A DNA stretch of 64,000 bases from Massalongia carnosa (taxonomy: Eukaryota): NCBI GenBank assembly GCA_965645245.1, contig OZ287073.1, positions 620,001 to 684,000 of the forward strand. Direction: 5' to 3'. The notes under the pieces were generated by a model. It saw nothing but the letters and a program-made list of their open reading frames with translations. It did no database searches and was not told the origin of the DNA. Below are positions 23,064 through 37,300 of the stretch, in pieces. The translations under genes were made by a program, and so were the position numbers. Position 1 is the stretch's first letter, and each line of letters opens with the position of its first letter.

Positions 23064-24885
23064 ACGTAATTTACCCTCATTCGGGTCAGCCCCCCATTCG
23101 GGTCAGCCACCCAATCGGGTCACCCCACCAAAAAAAAACCTTCGCCCTACACCAAAGAAAAATATTACATTGCTTCCACCATCCCTAAAACTAACTAAAA
23201 ACATCACTATCCATCTGCATTTCCTTCCATACGCCCTTCGCGAACTTTACTTTACCATTTAAAGCATGGTACCGTTCCTTTTGTTTGGCCAATGCTTCTT
23301 CCTTCCTCTGTTTTTCCTCCGCAATCGCCTGCCCTTCACCCACAGTCAGCACCCTTTCTTTATCACCCCCCTTTCTGGATGCTTTTTGACGTCTCTAAGC
23401 CTTTTTATCAATCAGTTCTTGATTGGTGTGTCTTAGAATAACCCTATCAGCGACGGCATTCAAAGCAGTTGTTTTAAGCAACTCAACATGCGCGCGAAGA
23501 GATAGAGTTATACAGGATATAAGGGCATCGCTGACTTTCTGGATTCGCTGCTCCGTTTGGGGGGCATCGGTGACAGTGTTTGGATAGGTAGGAGGTGTGA
23601 TAGGCCTAGGCAACTTGCCTAGAACATGCCCAAGATTAAATAGGATAAGGCCTGCCCCCCGCCATGCACTCATGATGTTAGTAGTAGTAATGGCCTGTTT
23701 CCTAGCCACCTGAATAAGGCGCAAAATATCTAGCTTAGAAATAGTCACAGCCCCATAACGTGATTGGCTGGATACGAGTTGTTTATAGGCCTAAGATAAA
23801 GGGCCAAAAACACCGACATCTAGGGGCTGCAATAAATGAGTTGAATGTGGTGGCAAACAAAGGGGTATGATTTTCTCTTGGGCATAAAACTCCATAAAAG
23901 GAATGGATACGTGACTCTCATGGCCATCTACAATTAGCATCCTATACATACCTCGTTCAGGTTTTGTATGCTTATTGAACACCGTTTGCAACCAATGAAG
24001 GCCTATCTCCGCATCCGTCCAACCATTGGGACTGACCCGAACGGTATGGGCCTTCGTCTCCATGGCATCATACTATGCAGGTTGAACTTGGGCACCTTGG
24101 AAAATCATATAAGCCGGAAGAACTGCTCCACGGGATGATATGCACTCAATAAGTGAAACCCAGTCCCTATTTCCCGGATGCACATTGAATGGTGTTGTTG
24201 TTCCTTTGATTATGACCTTCGAACTGTCTGCGGTGCCCATGGCAAAGCCTTTTTCATCCATGTTGTAACTATCTTCATCTGAAATCCCATATTTGACCAA
24301 GGTAGTCGTGTACAATTCGAAACCAATCACGCAAAATTTCGGGACTACCAGCGTCCTTTCTGGATTGATCGAGGTTTCTATTGTATTTGATTTTGAAATC
24401 GGGATGCCTTTTCAGGAACTTTTGATACCAATGTCGACCCAACGGATTTTTGTCCCCTTTGGCGTTCAGGAGACTTCTGGCCATGCCTTCCAAATGTTGG
24501 ATACGAGGCGGCCAACCCAATGAGGTTATCCGCTCTATCCAATCAATCAGAGCCTGTTCTTCGTGGACGGATAGCATTCGGGTGGCTTGATGATAGTTTT
24601 TTGCGGCCCGCCTGCCATTGAGCCGGACCTGTAAAGTCGACTGAGAAACTCCGTAAAGGCGCGCTATTTCCCGCTGCGAAATGCCCGGATTTTTGGCTAA
24701 TTCTTCGATAGCCAACTGTAATCTAGTAGCAGAGTAAATTGTAGGCATATCAATAGATATTTTATCTACAATTAATAGATAAATAAATGGTGGTAGTGGA
24801 TAAACAGGATAGAATTTTTTTCGGTTGCTAGATTTTCATGGGGTGACCTGAATGGTAGGCTGACCCGAATGAGGGTAAATTACGT
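23064..24885 (-). mobile_element. Fot1/pogo-like DNA transposon (1822 bp)
   Basis: TIRs acgtaatttaccctcattcgggtcagcc, TA at both sides (23062-63, 24886-87), subterminal attcgggtca repeats. Confidence 0.95.
23191..24748 (-). pseudogene. pogo/Fot1 transposase (HTH, CENP-B, DDE_1), disrupted
   Basis: YNMDEKGF, LIVDGHESH and HLLQPLDVGVFGPL motifs; several stops/frameshift. Confidence 0.93.
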
Positions 24886-24887
24886 TA

Positions 24888-25301
24888 CTCAACACGCTCA
24901 GCAAAGTAATGTAATCTATCATAGGATCAAAAATAACCTATTTAGCAGAAACACATCGGCTCCTACCCGACACACAGATGGGAGCGAGAAAGGGCAGATC
25001 TACAGAATCAGCTCTGGAGTTGTTAACCGAACAGGTTCACACGATTCGGGGACAAGGAAAAGATAAAGTAGCCACACTTTTAAGCATGGACGTCGCCGGC
25101 GCGTTTGATACAGTTTCATATTAAAGACTAACGCACAATCTACGTAGAAGAGAAATCCCGAAATTGATTACTGATTTGTTAAAAAGCTTTTTAAATGATC
25201 GTAGCACAACTCTAGCTATAAATCGAAAAGCGACCGGACGATTCGCGGTGAGAACTGGCATACTACAGGGCTCCCCTCTCTCATCCATCCTTTATCTATT
25301 C
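24888..25301 (+). pseudogene. LINE C RT N-terminal half (opposite strand to 22187-23063)
   Basis: Hand translation: LNTLSKVM..QMGARKGRST..MDVAGAFDTV..GILQGSPLSSILYLF. Confidence 0.85.
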
Positions 25302-26504
25302 GGCTATGTTTAAACGTTTAATGACTAAAATCTAAGGGATAATTCTTCCATTCTCGACGATGTCTAGACATAATTTTTCGGAGTTCGGTTAAATCTTGCG
25401 ACAACAAATTTTTTGATTTTGCACATATTTTGGTCTTCGGAATAAGCATTTCAGCCGCGTCTCTAATATCTTGCAAATATATCGCTTTTTTTATTATTTA
25501 TTCATTAAGTTTATTCAACCTAAGATTATGACACTAAACTATTTTAAGATATGGTTTTATTTTACAAATAAATCAACCCTTTATAACCCAACTATCTATC
25601 GTCAATATTGCCCCGTTTTTACTCCGTGTTAGTAACAACCTTTAGTAATCGAAATATCGATTTTACAATTTGTTTTTGTAAAGCTCGTAAATATTCCAGC
25701 ATAAATCATTTCTAATTTTACTGGCAAATATATCGTTGAATCGTCGCATTGATAACTATTCAATAAACTTTGAACTTGTGTTTCGTAGTTTATTGAATTT
25801 TCATCTAGAAACTTCGCGAACTTGTCCCAATCGGCTTTATTGCAATTGTATTTGTTTGATAATTCGGTTGCATGTGTCGTCAAATTCTTGAAAGATGCGA
25901 TTAATTCAAATTGAATGACTTCATGATCTGAACTTGTGACTTCGTTTTCATCTATTGACCAATTTGTTATTGCATTTTCGATTTTAGAATTTGCAAATGT
26001 TAAATCAATAACAGATGAAGAACTTCCAGAACTGACGTAAAATGTACATAAATCAGACGTATTAATCAAACCAGACTTTTTTGATTTTGACCATTTCACT
26101 AGATTTTCAGATCGAATTGCATGCTGAATTTTCGAATTCTACCAGTTATGATGTGCATTGAAATCTCAACATATGACGAATTGATCATTGAATTTAGGTT
26201 GATATTTGACTAAAAGTCGGTCGATTGTATATGTTTCCCGATCGTTTTGACTTTTTTCATTGTAAATGTTGATAATATTCACTTTTCGAATATCAGCAAT
26301 TGTAATCTGGATAATTTGCATATCGGTATCGTAAATAAGATCCGTTCTAGGCGTGCATTGTAATTTCGAATTGCATTTAGTGACAAATACAGCTACTCTC
26401 GAGTGATAAGCTGCTATTTTCGGCATAATTCATGTGAATGACGGATGAGAAATAGTTTTTTGATCGCGTGTCTAAGGTTCCTGAAATAAAACAATATCAA
26501 TTTG
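25302..26504 (-). pseudogene. LINE (A2) ORF2 APE fragment
   Basis: Matches ~42700-43660 on the reverse strand; broken ORFs 25629-26099 and 26166-26426. Confidence 0.88.
25486..25723 (-). mobile_element. 3'UTR-only LINE (B) insertion nested in LINE
   Basis: 3'UTR plus tail; TSD gcaaatatatcg (25473-25484, 25724-25735). Confidence 0.88.
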
Positions 26505-26646
26505 TGTAGGTACCAAAAGGGGGATTCCAGAAGGGGATTCTAGGGGGATTCTAGAAAGAAGGAGACTAGCTAGATAAGGCTAGAATGGAATAGATCGGAA
26601 GGGCTAGAACAAGCGGGCACGTGCTTATCACGTGTTCGCCTACTAT
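26505..26646. repeat. Probable LTR fragment
   Basis: Begins TGTAGG exactly where LINE homology stops; short ggggattc repeats; cut by the tail of the next LINE; no partner in window. Confidence 0.45.
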
Positions 26647-26880
26647 ATTTTTTATTTTATTTATTCATTAAGTGTATTCAACCTAAGGTTATGACACTAA
26701 ACTATTTTAAGATATAGTTTTATTTTACAAATAAATCAACCCTTTATAAACCAACTATGTATCGTCAATATTGCCCCGTTTTTACTCCGTGTTAGTAACA
26801 ACCTTTATTAATCGAAATATCGATTTTACAATTTGTTTTTGTAAAGCTCGTAAATATTCCAGCATAAATCATTTCTAATT

Positions 26881-29800
26881 TTACTGTTCGATCTCTCCCC
26901 AACCTCCCGTTTCGGTATTTCCTCATCGAGCTGACCTAGCATCCATTTTCTAGTCGCGATTTTGTTATCAACAATAAATTTAATCAAAATATTATTTCCG
27001 ATCCTAGTATTAAACAACATTTTTAAAGTAATTGTGGTATCGATATTTTATTTCATGTTTAGGATTTCATTTGAATAATGTATGCAATTCATCAATAAGT
27101 GTTCTGGCGTTTGACGTTCGTTGCAGCGCCCTGTGCATTTTGACGAATTATAATCTTTCAATCGGTGCAGATATGATCGGAAATAACCGTGTCCGAATTT
27201 CATTTGCATAATAATCGCAAATATTAATTTCGAACAATTATTCGACAGATAATAAAAACTCGATTTGCCCGGCTGCATTTCGAATTTCTCATAGTATTTG
27301 CCTTTTGACTTGCATTGTTACCATTGATTCGCCCATGTGGCTAACATATTTCGATTTATTTGACCCTTTATATAATCAAATGTTATTATCGAAGACTCGA
27401 CTAGGATTCGACTATGACCCGCTTATGCTGCTTTATCTGCAATTTCATTTTCGACGATTTTCGAATGACTAGGAATCCGTTGTAGAACCACCTGATAATT
27501 GTTTCCGAATAAGCATTTCGAGAATTTTCGAATTTGTTTTGCGTAAGTATGATTTGTCAAGTTCTGAATTTCGTTTATAGCGTTTATGCTATCGGAAAAA
27601 ATCCAAATCGTTTTTTCCAAATTGAAGAGAATATTCGAAATTGTCAATTTGAATGCCCATTTATTGCTTGTAGTATCGGATAAAGTTCAGCGTTTTTAAC
27701 GCTTGACTGTTTGTTTAATTTCCAGCTTTTCGAAATCGTATGATGTTTGAGGAGAAAATCTTTTTCTATAAAACGATTGAAGTTATCGGTGAAATTGTTC
27801 CAATTTCGCATAATTGGTGCAAATGTGACAGCGGAAGTTTAAAACTCGGTTTTTGATCCATCGGTATAGAGTAACATTCGCGATTTATCGGCGTTTATTG
27901 ATTGAGTTTTTGATAAAGTCGAATAATAACTTGACTTTGCTGTTTCTTTGGATCTTTCGATTTGGAATTTGATTTTACAAGACGGCTTCCATGGTTTGAT
28001 GAACTTATTTACTGATTCGAATTCATCAGTTTTGTGAACTATATCCGAAACGGAATGGAGAATACGGATAAGCTGACTAGGATGAGGTTTACTCGATTTT
28101 TTCTCGTCTTCGTTCCATTCAGCATATCTGTTGTTCCATAAACTAGTGTCAAAACCGATGTTTTCGAATTTCACAGAATAGGTACTGGGAATTCTTTGAC
28201 AAATAGGATTATTTTCGGCAATCTTCAATAATCGAATTGCGTATTTTTGATTTTTCATAAACAATCGTAGCTTGGCTGGTAAAATATGCGATTCAATTTC
28301 CATCGCCTGAACAGGCGTGGTTTTGAATGTGCCTAAAATCTTTCGAATCATTCGATTTTGCAGATTCTGAAATAGCTTTTCATATTTCTTTTGACCGTTA
28401 TACCAGATTTCTGAGCCATAATCCGAAATAGGAATAATGCATGACAGATAGAGCTGTCTGCATGCAGTTGGCTTTAGTCCCCATTCAGACTTCATCAAAT
28501 TTTGAATTGCGAAAAACGATCGATTTGCAGAAGCAATTCGCGTTTCGACGTGTTTTTTGTAATTTAGTTTTCGGTCTAACCAGACTCCTAACCATTTGCC
28601 AGAATTTTTCGGTTCTAGTATTGTCCCGTTTGGTAATTGCACTTTGTCTTTAGATGCATTTCTTGACTTTTCGAAGTGAATCAACTCAGATTTGTCGTCT
28701 TCAAATTTGACATTATTCGTTGCGGCCTAATCAAAAGCTGTTTTGACGATAATTTCGATTTCTTTGCAATTCTGTGTGGCAGTTTTATTTTCGACATAAA
28801 TTGTAACATCGTCTATAAAGCTTGGTGAATGAGCATTGAATTTCATTCGTATTTTCGGAAATAAGTAACGAATATAAATCAGAAATAGAATTGGCGAAAT
28901 AGGTGAACCTTTTGGAATTCCAGATTCGATATAGTACGTTTTGCTTTTGTGTTCATCGAATATCAAATTGATCGATCGTTTTGTCATAAAATGCTTGACC
29001 CATTGAATAACTATGCGAGATAAATGCAGCTTTTTCATGACATTTAGCAATTGATTAATCGAAACAAAGTCAAATGCTCCTTTGACATCGAGTAATAGAC
29101 ATGATAAAACGTTTTTGTTTCGGTCTGCGATTTCGATATCATGAACGACGTTCATTACCGCATCGATTGCAGAATGATTTTTCCGTCCACCCATTTGTTC
29201 GGTATCTAACAAGCTCGAATTTTCGCCGAGGTAGGCTAGTCGATTAGCAACTATTTTCTCCGCAATTTTACCAAGACAATTCAGTAAGGTAATAATTCGA
29301 TATGATTTTGGCAGCGAGTAGTCTGGTTTATTAGGTTTTTTTAAAACAGCACCGAGTCCTGTTCGCCAACATAACGGGTGATAAGCGATTTGTATAAACT
29401 TAGAATAAATAGTAAAAAACACGTTTTTCAATGGTTGGAACGATTTTTGAATTATTGTGAAATTGATTGCATCAGGTCCACATGATTTCTTTGGATTAAA
29501 CAAACTAATCGCATTTTGCAATTCATTTTCGGTTAAATTCGGCCAATTGTTGTCATTTTGGCTGTCTTGATTCGTTAAATCTTCACAATATTATCATCCG
29601 TGAACGGGTTTTTTGTGTACATTGCTGACACAAACTCATCGCATTTGTGATCGAATTGAACATATAACTTATTTTCATATTGAATAGGTGGTATTTTTTC
29701 GAACATGCGTGGTTTAGTGTATTTATAAGCTGTAAATACGTCTTTATTCGCTGCGTTTTCGAGGAAAGCCAACCAAGTTTGCTGTTTCGCTTTTCGAATT

Positions 29801-30894
29801 GCATGAAAGTACTCGATTCGACTATGTCTAAATGTTTGATGACTAAAATAGGACGGATTATTCTTCAATTCTCGACGATGTCTACACATGATTTTTCGAA
29901 GTCCGGATAAATCTTGCGACCACCAATTTTTCGATTTTGCGCATATTTTTGTCTTCGGAATAAACATTTCAGCCGCGTTTTTGATAACGTTTTGCAAATA
30001 TAACGCTGATTCATCAAATTGATAATTGTTCAATAGACTTTGTATTTGGGACTCGTAGTTTACTGCATTTTCGTCTAGAAACTTCGCGAATTTATCCCAA
30101 TCGGCTTTATTACAGTTGTATTTATTCGCTAATGCGGTTGCGTGTGACGTCGAGTTCTTTAAAGACGCGATAAGTTCAAATCGAATAACTTCATGATCTG
30201 AACCCGTGACTGCGTTTTCATCGATTGACCAATTTGTAATTGCGTTTTCGATTTTAGAATTTGCAAATGTTAAATCAATAATAGATGAAGAGTTTCCTGA
30301 ATGAGCAAAAAATGTATATAGATCAGGCGTATTTATCAAACTACATTTGTTTAATTTTAACCATTTGACTAGATTTTCTGATCGAATTGCATTTTGAATC
30401 TTCGAATTCCACCAGCTATGATGTGTATTGAAATCTCCACATATGACAAATTGATCAGTTGATATAGTTTGATATTTAACTAAAAGTCGATCGATTGTAT
30501 ATGTTTCTCGATCGTTTAGACTTTTTTCATTGTAAAAGTTAAAGATCTGCACTTTTCGAACTTCATCAATTGTAATTTCAATAATTTGCAGATCAGTATC
30601 GTTTATAAGATCCTTTCTAGGTGTGCATTGTAATTTTGGATTGCATTTTGTAACGAATATAGCTACTCTCGGCCGATAAGTCGCTATTTTCGGCATAATA
30701 CATGTGAATGACGGATAGGAAATTGTTTGTTGATCTCGCGTCCATGGTTCCTGAAATAAAACAATATCAACACGATTTAATACTGTATATTCCAGACACG
30801 AAATCATTGCATTCGTTGACTTTGCACAATTATGTTGAATAAATTTGACATTTTGTGTATTTTCGATATTTGTCAACGAATGTTGTCCCGCCAT
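26881..30894 (-). pseudogene. LINE B ORF2, disrupted
   Basis: APE 29575-30894, RT 28727-29521, thumb/RNase H 27839-28684 and smaller fragments. Confidence 0.92.
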
Positions 30895-32476
30895 TAACCA
30901 AGCATTAATTCATCATTCGATTTTCTAGGATTTAGCGAGATAAAAATTTCGCAACCTATATCGTTCGATTGATGATTTTTGTTGCAATTGACGCATTTCA
31001 GAATTGCATGTGCGCATGCGATTTTAGACTTGCTTGTTGTGCATTCATGATTATGCGTTTCATGACTTTGTGCGCATATATTGCATTTTGCCGGACTTTT
31101 GCATTGATAATGCTTATGTCCAAATTTCTGACAATTAATACATTGCGTGTTTGGACGAACGGAAGCAAATATTTCCGTGTCACAATGTCTACCCGCGATA
31201 TTCACGCCTCTTAACGCGTTTGACGCTTGATTTTTATTATTGAAAGTCAAAACTACCGACGACGTGACTTTGTTCTGACGATCCCGAGCAAGCCATCTTG
31301 GTAAATCGCATAGTTGCATATTCGAATTGTATTTTTCGATTTCGGTTTGCAAATATTGCATGTTATTATCGAATAACGAGATATGTACTCCGTGTGCTAT
31401 GACTTTAAACCAGGATTCGTCTTTTCGAATCTTTGTGATTCGAAAATGTGTTCCCATGAAGATTTATTTTTCAACAATTCTTCGGCATTTTTGTCAGTGC
31501 TAGTGGTGAGAACGATATTCTGACCGGTTTTGGACTTTTCAACAGTATTGACGATGATGTTTAAATTTGCGTTTTTTAATAGCGCGTTAATTTGATCACG
31601 CAACTTCATAGAGTCGATTTGAGCGTCAGGATTTTTCGGTGAAATCACGAGTCGTCTGGCCTTGATTGTATCAAATCGATCGACTTTGTTCGAATTATGA
31701 TTCGAACTTTTCCTTTGAATAGTAGTCCAATTTTCGGAGTTTTCGGTTGCTTTTCCAAGCATTTGACTCCATGTACCGGTTGTGCTAACATTGTTACCAG
31801 AGACCCCGGTGGCTCCTTTGCGAATGGTCTGATTTTCGATAATTGAATTTTCGTTCAATTTAACAACAGGTTTTTGGATTTTTGGACCATTCTGTAGTGG
31901 AGTCGTTTTTTGTTGTGACGTTTTTGAGGAAAGATGACTAGTTTGATCAAGAACTATGCCCATTGTGTAGTTAATCATATCTAAGGATGTTTGTAAATTG
32001 ATTGATTTTTTCGAAATCAACAAATTAACGTTGTCAATTACGATAGCCGTTTGTGGATTTTGGTCGAGTACAAATGATTGCAATAATGCTTTTTTGGCCG
32101 ACTTTAGAAGCTCAATTGAATTTGCCCGATTGATCGCTTCTTGGCTATCTCTCGAATGTTCGTCAAATGTGCGGCTTTTATTTCGTTTAATTGGTGGGCT
32201 TGATCCAATGTTCAAGTTCAATGAAGGCATCGGCAAGATAGTGGAAAATGGACCCGATGGGAATTTCGTTGCCTTTGGTGTCGGTGTTGACGGGGCTGAT
32301 GCATATTCGCGAGTTTGATCCATAGGTTCAAGACGGGGAGAGCTCCCTATCAATGCCACCGGAGATGGTCCGGGGGAGTGTCGGGGGGGGGCCGGGTAAG
32401 GGGTCGATAGGGGGGCGGGACCGGCTGGGGGTGGTGTCCTTGGTATATTCCGGCGGTTCATTACCGCGTTAAACAT
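30894..32476 (-). pseudogene. LINE B ORF1, one frameshift near 31440
   Basis: Two overlapping ORFs (31397-32476, 30894-31457) together give ORF1 with CCHC knuckles. Confidence 0.9.
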
Positions 32477-34071
32477 GGATTTATAAATAAATCGATGTTT
32501 CCTTTGCTATATCCCCTTTATCGCCACCAAATAATTTATTCTGACGTTCCCCGGACGTAATAGTCAGAATAGAGAGTTTTTACGCCGATTTACTGGTCTA
32601 AAGACTCTTGCTTTCCAAACCCTATTTATTTGACAATAACAAGTCAAATAAATCCTAGTCGAGTTAAAATAGACCGTTCCTCGCTTAGGCAATAGATCTT
32701 ATTTAACTCTTTACCTTGACACTACGATATATGGAATATAATAAGAATTTTACGATCGAACAGAAAAATTTTTTTTTTTAAAAAATGTTTTTGATCCAGA
32801 AATAAAAATCAAGTACAATGAGAGAGAGGAGACTTCCTATTCTGGTTAGCCTGAAACAGGGCCTTTGGTTTAACCCTATTTCAGACGTTTTTCCCCTTCG
32901 TTTCAGCAGATTGTTGGTCGGCAGTTCAACGTAAATCAAAAAAACCCAAAATAGAATAGTGTATACGGTACCGGTAACCTTAAATTTCAAATGAAAACCA
33001 AGAAGTTTTGTTATCTCGAGAACAGGTTGTGCAGTTACGCGACAGTGATGATATTTTGTAGATAATTTTTGTGATAATAGATGAGATCTATGCGACAATT
33101 AAACCGAAGAAATATCGAAAATTGAGCGATTTTTGACGTTGTTGTTGGTGTTTTTGTGTTTTGTAGATTTTTTGGACGCGCTTTTTGGTGAAGGGGCGGA
33201 CAGACCGCGAGGAAAACTCTGCAGGAGCAGTAGAAGAGCTCTCCTGTACCCAATTCTGATGGGTTTTAGCTTCTGGTAGGCTCAAATGAATGAGAAGAAT
33301 AAGGAGAATAAGTTGGGAAAGTTTCAGTATATCAAAATATAGGGTACCGATGTTTTCGGGGTTGGCTTTTTGCTGATAGTCGGAATGCATCAATCGAACG
33401 ATATAGGTTGCGAAATGTTTATCTCGCTAAATCCTAGAAAATCGAATGATGAATCAATGCTTGGTTAATGGCGGGACAACATTCGTTGACAAATATCGAA
33501 AATACACAAAATGTCAAATTTATTCAACATAATTGTGCAAAGTCAACGAATGCAATGATTTCGTGTCTGGAATATGCAGTATTAAATCGTGTTGATATTG
33601 TTTTATTTCAGGAACCATGGACGCGAGATCAAAAAATAATTTCCCATCCATCATTCACATGTAAAGAAACCTATAAGAGTCACCTCACCGCAGATCGAAA
33701 CACAAGTACCGCAACTTTTGATAATCTATAACTTTTACAGTCAATTTAGCCTCTATTTCTCAGTCATTTGAGCTCCTCCAGAACAAAACGGACTCACATT
33801 GAGTGTAGGAGAGCTCAGGCAAAGCTTCAGCAGAGATTTTCTGCTGGTCGTACGCGACCGACGTGATAAAGCGCTCTCAAGAAGTTATAAAAAACAACAA
33901 ATACCAACAACATTACCAAAAATCGCTCTTTTTTCTCACTTTCTTCTGTTCTGTTGTCGCATTCTCCTCAATTATTACTACAAGAATTATCTACAAAAAA
34001 TATCTACTGTCGCGGTACTGTACAACAACTGTCGCGACGACAAACTTTTTTGAAGTTCATTTCTCATTTAA

Positions 34072-34305
34072 TGTAAGGTAGCTGTCGTCGATTCTTTTCA
34101 ACCGCTATTAAACTAAAATTTATCTACAAAGAAAGAAAAGAATTATTGTGCGCGACTCGCTAGAAATATCTGCGTCGAGTGTCGCGCTAGCCTCGCGCGA
34201 TCCCGTGATCCCTCTTTCTATCTCGGCTGGCGCTAAGCCTAACCGGTTACCTCGAACACCTCTAAGGTCAACCTTCTATCTCTATGTCAGGCTAGGACCC
34301 TGACA
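34072..34305 (-). repeat. 3' LTR of gypsy-2
   Basis: Identical to 40226-40459. Confidence 0.97.
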
Positions 34306-34364
34306 CTATCCCCCCCTTCTATGGGCGAGGTCTCCGAAGCGCTAAGTGGCAGGCGCCCTGTCAG

Positions 34365-37300
34365 CTAGCCTGTTTCTGTCAGGTCTTCTGGTGGTTTCGG
34401 CTTATGTGGGTGTTCGCGATGATATTGAAGGATTTTATCCTTGGAGTTCTTGAAGTCGGTCCATGATTGCCAGTAAGGGTTCGCATTCCATTCGTCCCAG
34501 TTGCCGACGAAAGTTGCTTTGTACTGCACTCCGAATTTCCTTGTTTCGCGGCAGTCTACTATTTCAAGGACTTCCCACTCTTCGTGAGCCTCCTCTTCGT
34601 CGTTCTCGACAATGGCTATGGGCGGTCCGGGCGGTAAGACTTGACCTGGGAATGGATTGGAAGGTGCTAGATGTAGCTTCCATGGATGAAAGATGGAAGT
34701 AAGATCAACGTTCTTTAACTGATCCGGGATCTCTAGTTCGTAGGCTTTATTGTCGATAATTCTTATTATCTTCCACGGGCCTGCGTTCTTGAAACTTAAC
34801 GATCTGCTGGGTCTTTCGAAAGCGAAATGTTTGGCGTTAACATAAACCATGTCCCCGACCTTGTATTCGGGATGAGGTTGGCGGCCTTTGTTTGCATGCC
34901 TTGTTTGTTCTTCCTGAGCCCAGGCTAATTGATCTCGAAGCCAGGTTCGCATGGCTTTCTGTCGTTCTATGATCTTGTCAGCGTGCAGTATCTCCGCTCT
35001 TCCTTTTCCTTCATATGTGCCTGGTGGTTCGATGCCACAGCGCGGATGAAAGCCATGATCTGCGAAGAATGGGGTCATTCCCGTAGATACATTTACATGA
35101 TTGTTGGCGGCAAACTCTGCGTCCGAGAGATAATCCACCCAGTTGTCTTGTGTGTAACTGACGTACGCTCGGAGGTAGTTCTTCATCACCTTGTTGGCGT
35201 TCTCGGTTTGACCGTCTGTTTCGGGGTGATGTGCGGAAGAGAATTTTATTCTCACCCCGTATCTTTCGCAAACTCTTTTCCATAAGTGAGCGGTTAGTTG
35301 ACTACCGCGATCGTTGACTGTTGATATAGGGAATCCGTAAGAGGAGAATAATCTTCTGGACATCGCGTCCATCAGTTCGTCAGTAGAGAGAGATGTTAGT
35401 GGTTCGTATAATCGTCTTTTCGTTAAACGATCTACTATCACCAATATGTGCTGATAGACTCTGTTCCGTCTTCGGCATTCTGGAAGAAATTCAACGAAGT
35501 CAAATGATACGTCCATCCATTTTCTATTCGGGATGGGGAGAGGATTCAACAGTCCCTGCTTCTTGTCGTTGTATGCTTTTGATCTACGACATACTGAGCA
35601 GTTCACGGCGTATCTCTTGCAGTGCTCCTTCATGTCGAACCAGAAGTAATTTTCTCTCATTATTTGATACATACTTTTGTATCCCGGATGGCCCTGTAAT
35701 GGTGGTTCGTGATGCTTTTGCAGTAAATGCAATTGCAATGACTCGTGATCTGGTACGTATAATCTTCCTTTGACATACAGCTTGTCGTTTTCTAATTTGA
35801 GGTCCCCCATGGCTAGCTTTATCCCTCTTTTTATGAGGTTCAGTGGGAGTTTTCTCAGTTCCTTCTTCTTTGCTGCTATTATGTCTTGAACCGTTTCGTC
35901 CTTTTCGTAAGCCTCTTCTATTAGTTCTTCCAAGGTCTTCGTTATCGAGCTCTCGGTCACGTCGGTCACTGGTGTATGTTCTGCGTTAGGTTCCTCTGAT
36001 TCTGTTGCGTCTTCCTCAGTGGCTACGCTTCGATCATCTTGATCGTTATCGTTATCGTCGTCTATCGTGTTTGCGCAGAACACGACCGCTAACGCTTTTC
36101 GTATATCGTCATCTAGTTGATGCTCCTGCAACAACGTTTGAAATTGATGTTGCTCTCTGATATCTTCGAATCCCTTCGGGAGATCTTGAGAGCGTCGGGT
36201 CAGCGTGTCCGGTTTTTCTCCTTGCTTCCCCGGTCGATACATTATCTTGAAATTAAACTCGGAAAGAAATTCAGCCCATCTGGCTTGTCTTCTGTTTAGC
36301 TGCTTTGTCGTCATAAAATGCTCCAAATTCTTGTGATCGGTGTATACTTTAACGGGTTTGTCAGGAGCAGCACTTGCAACTTCGGGACGCCAGACTTCGA
36401 AGCTCTTTACAATTGCGAGGAGCTCCTTATCGTAAATCATATAGTTACACTCGGCAGGGGTCATCTTTTTGGAGAAATAAGCCACTGGTTTCAGTACTCC
36501 GTCGTGCATTTGAGAGAGTACTCCGGCGCTAACGAAATCTGAAGAGTCAGTCTCGACCCACGTTTCCAGGGCCGGGTCGTAATGTGCTAAAACGGGAGCG
36601 GTGGTGAATGCATTCTTTAAATCTTCGAAGGCTTTCTGACAATCTTCGGACCAAACGAACGAGTTATACTTGGTTCGTTTCTTTCCTGATTTAGTTGTTA
36701 TTTGTTCACCCTTCGTTAACTCTGTTAATGGTCTCGTTCGTTGCGAAAACCTCGATATAAATCGTCGATAAAAATTCGCAAAGCCTAAGAATGCTTGCAC
36801 GTCTTTGACGGATCCTGGGGTCTCCCATTTTAGAATCGCCTCGATTTTCTCCGGGTCCATTTTTATCCCCTCGGTGGTGACTATCAGTCCAAGATACTTT
36901 ACCTTCGTTACGGAGAATTCGCATTTGTCTATATCCACTTGCAGTCCTTTCTCTTTCAATCGAGTTAGGACTATTAACACTTGTTCGGAATGCTCTTCTT
37001 CGTTTTCGCTGTAAATCAAGACATCGTCTAAATACGCCGTGCAGAAAACGTCTAAATATTCTCTGACTGTGTCGTTGATGAAGCTTTGAAAAGTCCCTGG
37101 AGCGTTGCAGAGACCGAATGGCATCACCAGATATTCGAACTGACCATATCTGGTATTGAAAGCTGTGAGCCACTCATGGCCTTCTTTCATTCTCATACGA
37201 TTGAACGCGCTAATCACATCCAGTTTCGTGAACTTCTTGGCTTGCGACAGTTTTCCCAATGTCTCATTTATCAACGGTATTGGATACCTGTTCTTGATGG

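Larger units (their letters stand above)
26647..33364 (-). mobile_element. Full-length Tad-like LINE (subfamily B)
   Basis: Tail at 26647, ORF2, ORF1 and ~890-nt 5'UTR; 5' end shared with the copy ending at 53014. Confidence 0.94.

Noticed and set aside
32778..33393. ORFs in LINE 5'UTRs as an ORF0
   Set aside because: Non-ATG starts, and frames are not preserved between subfamilies
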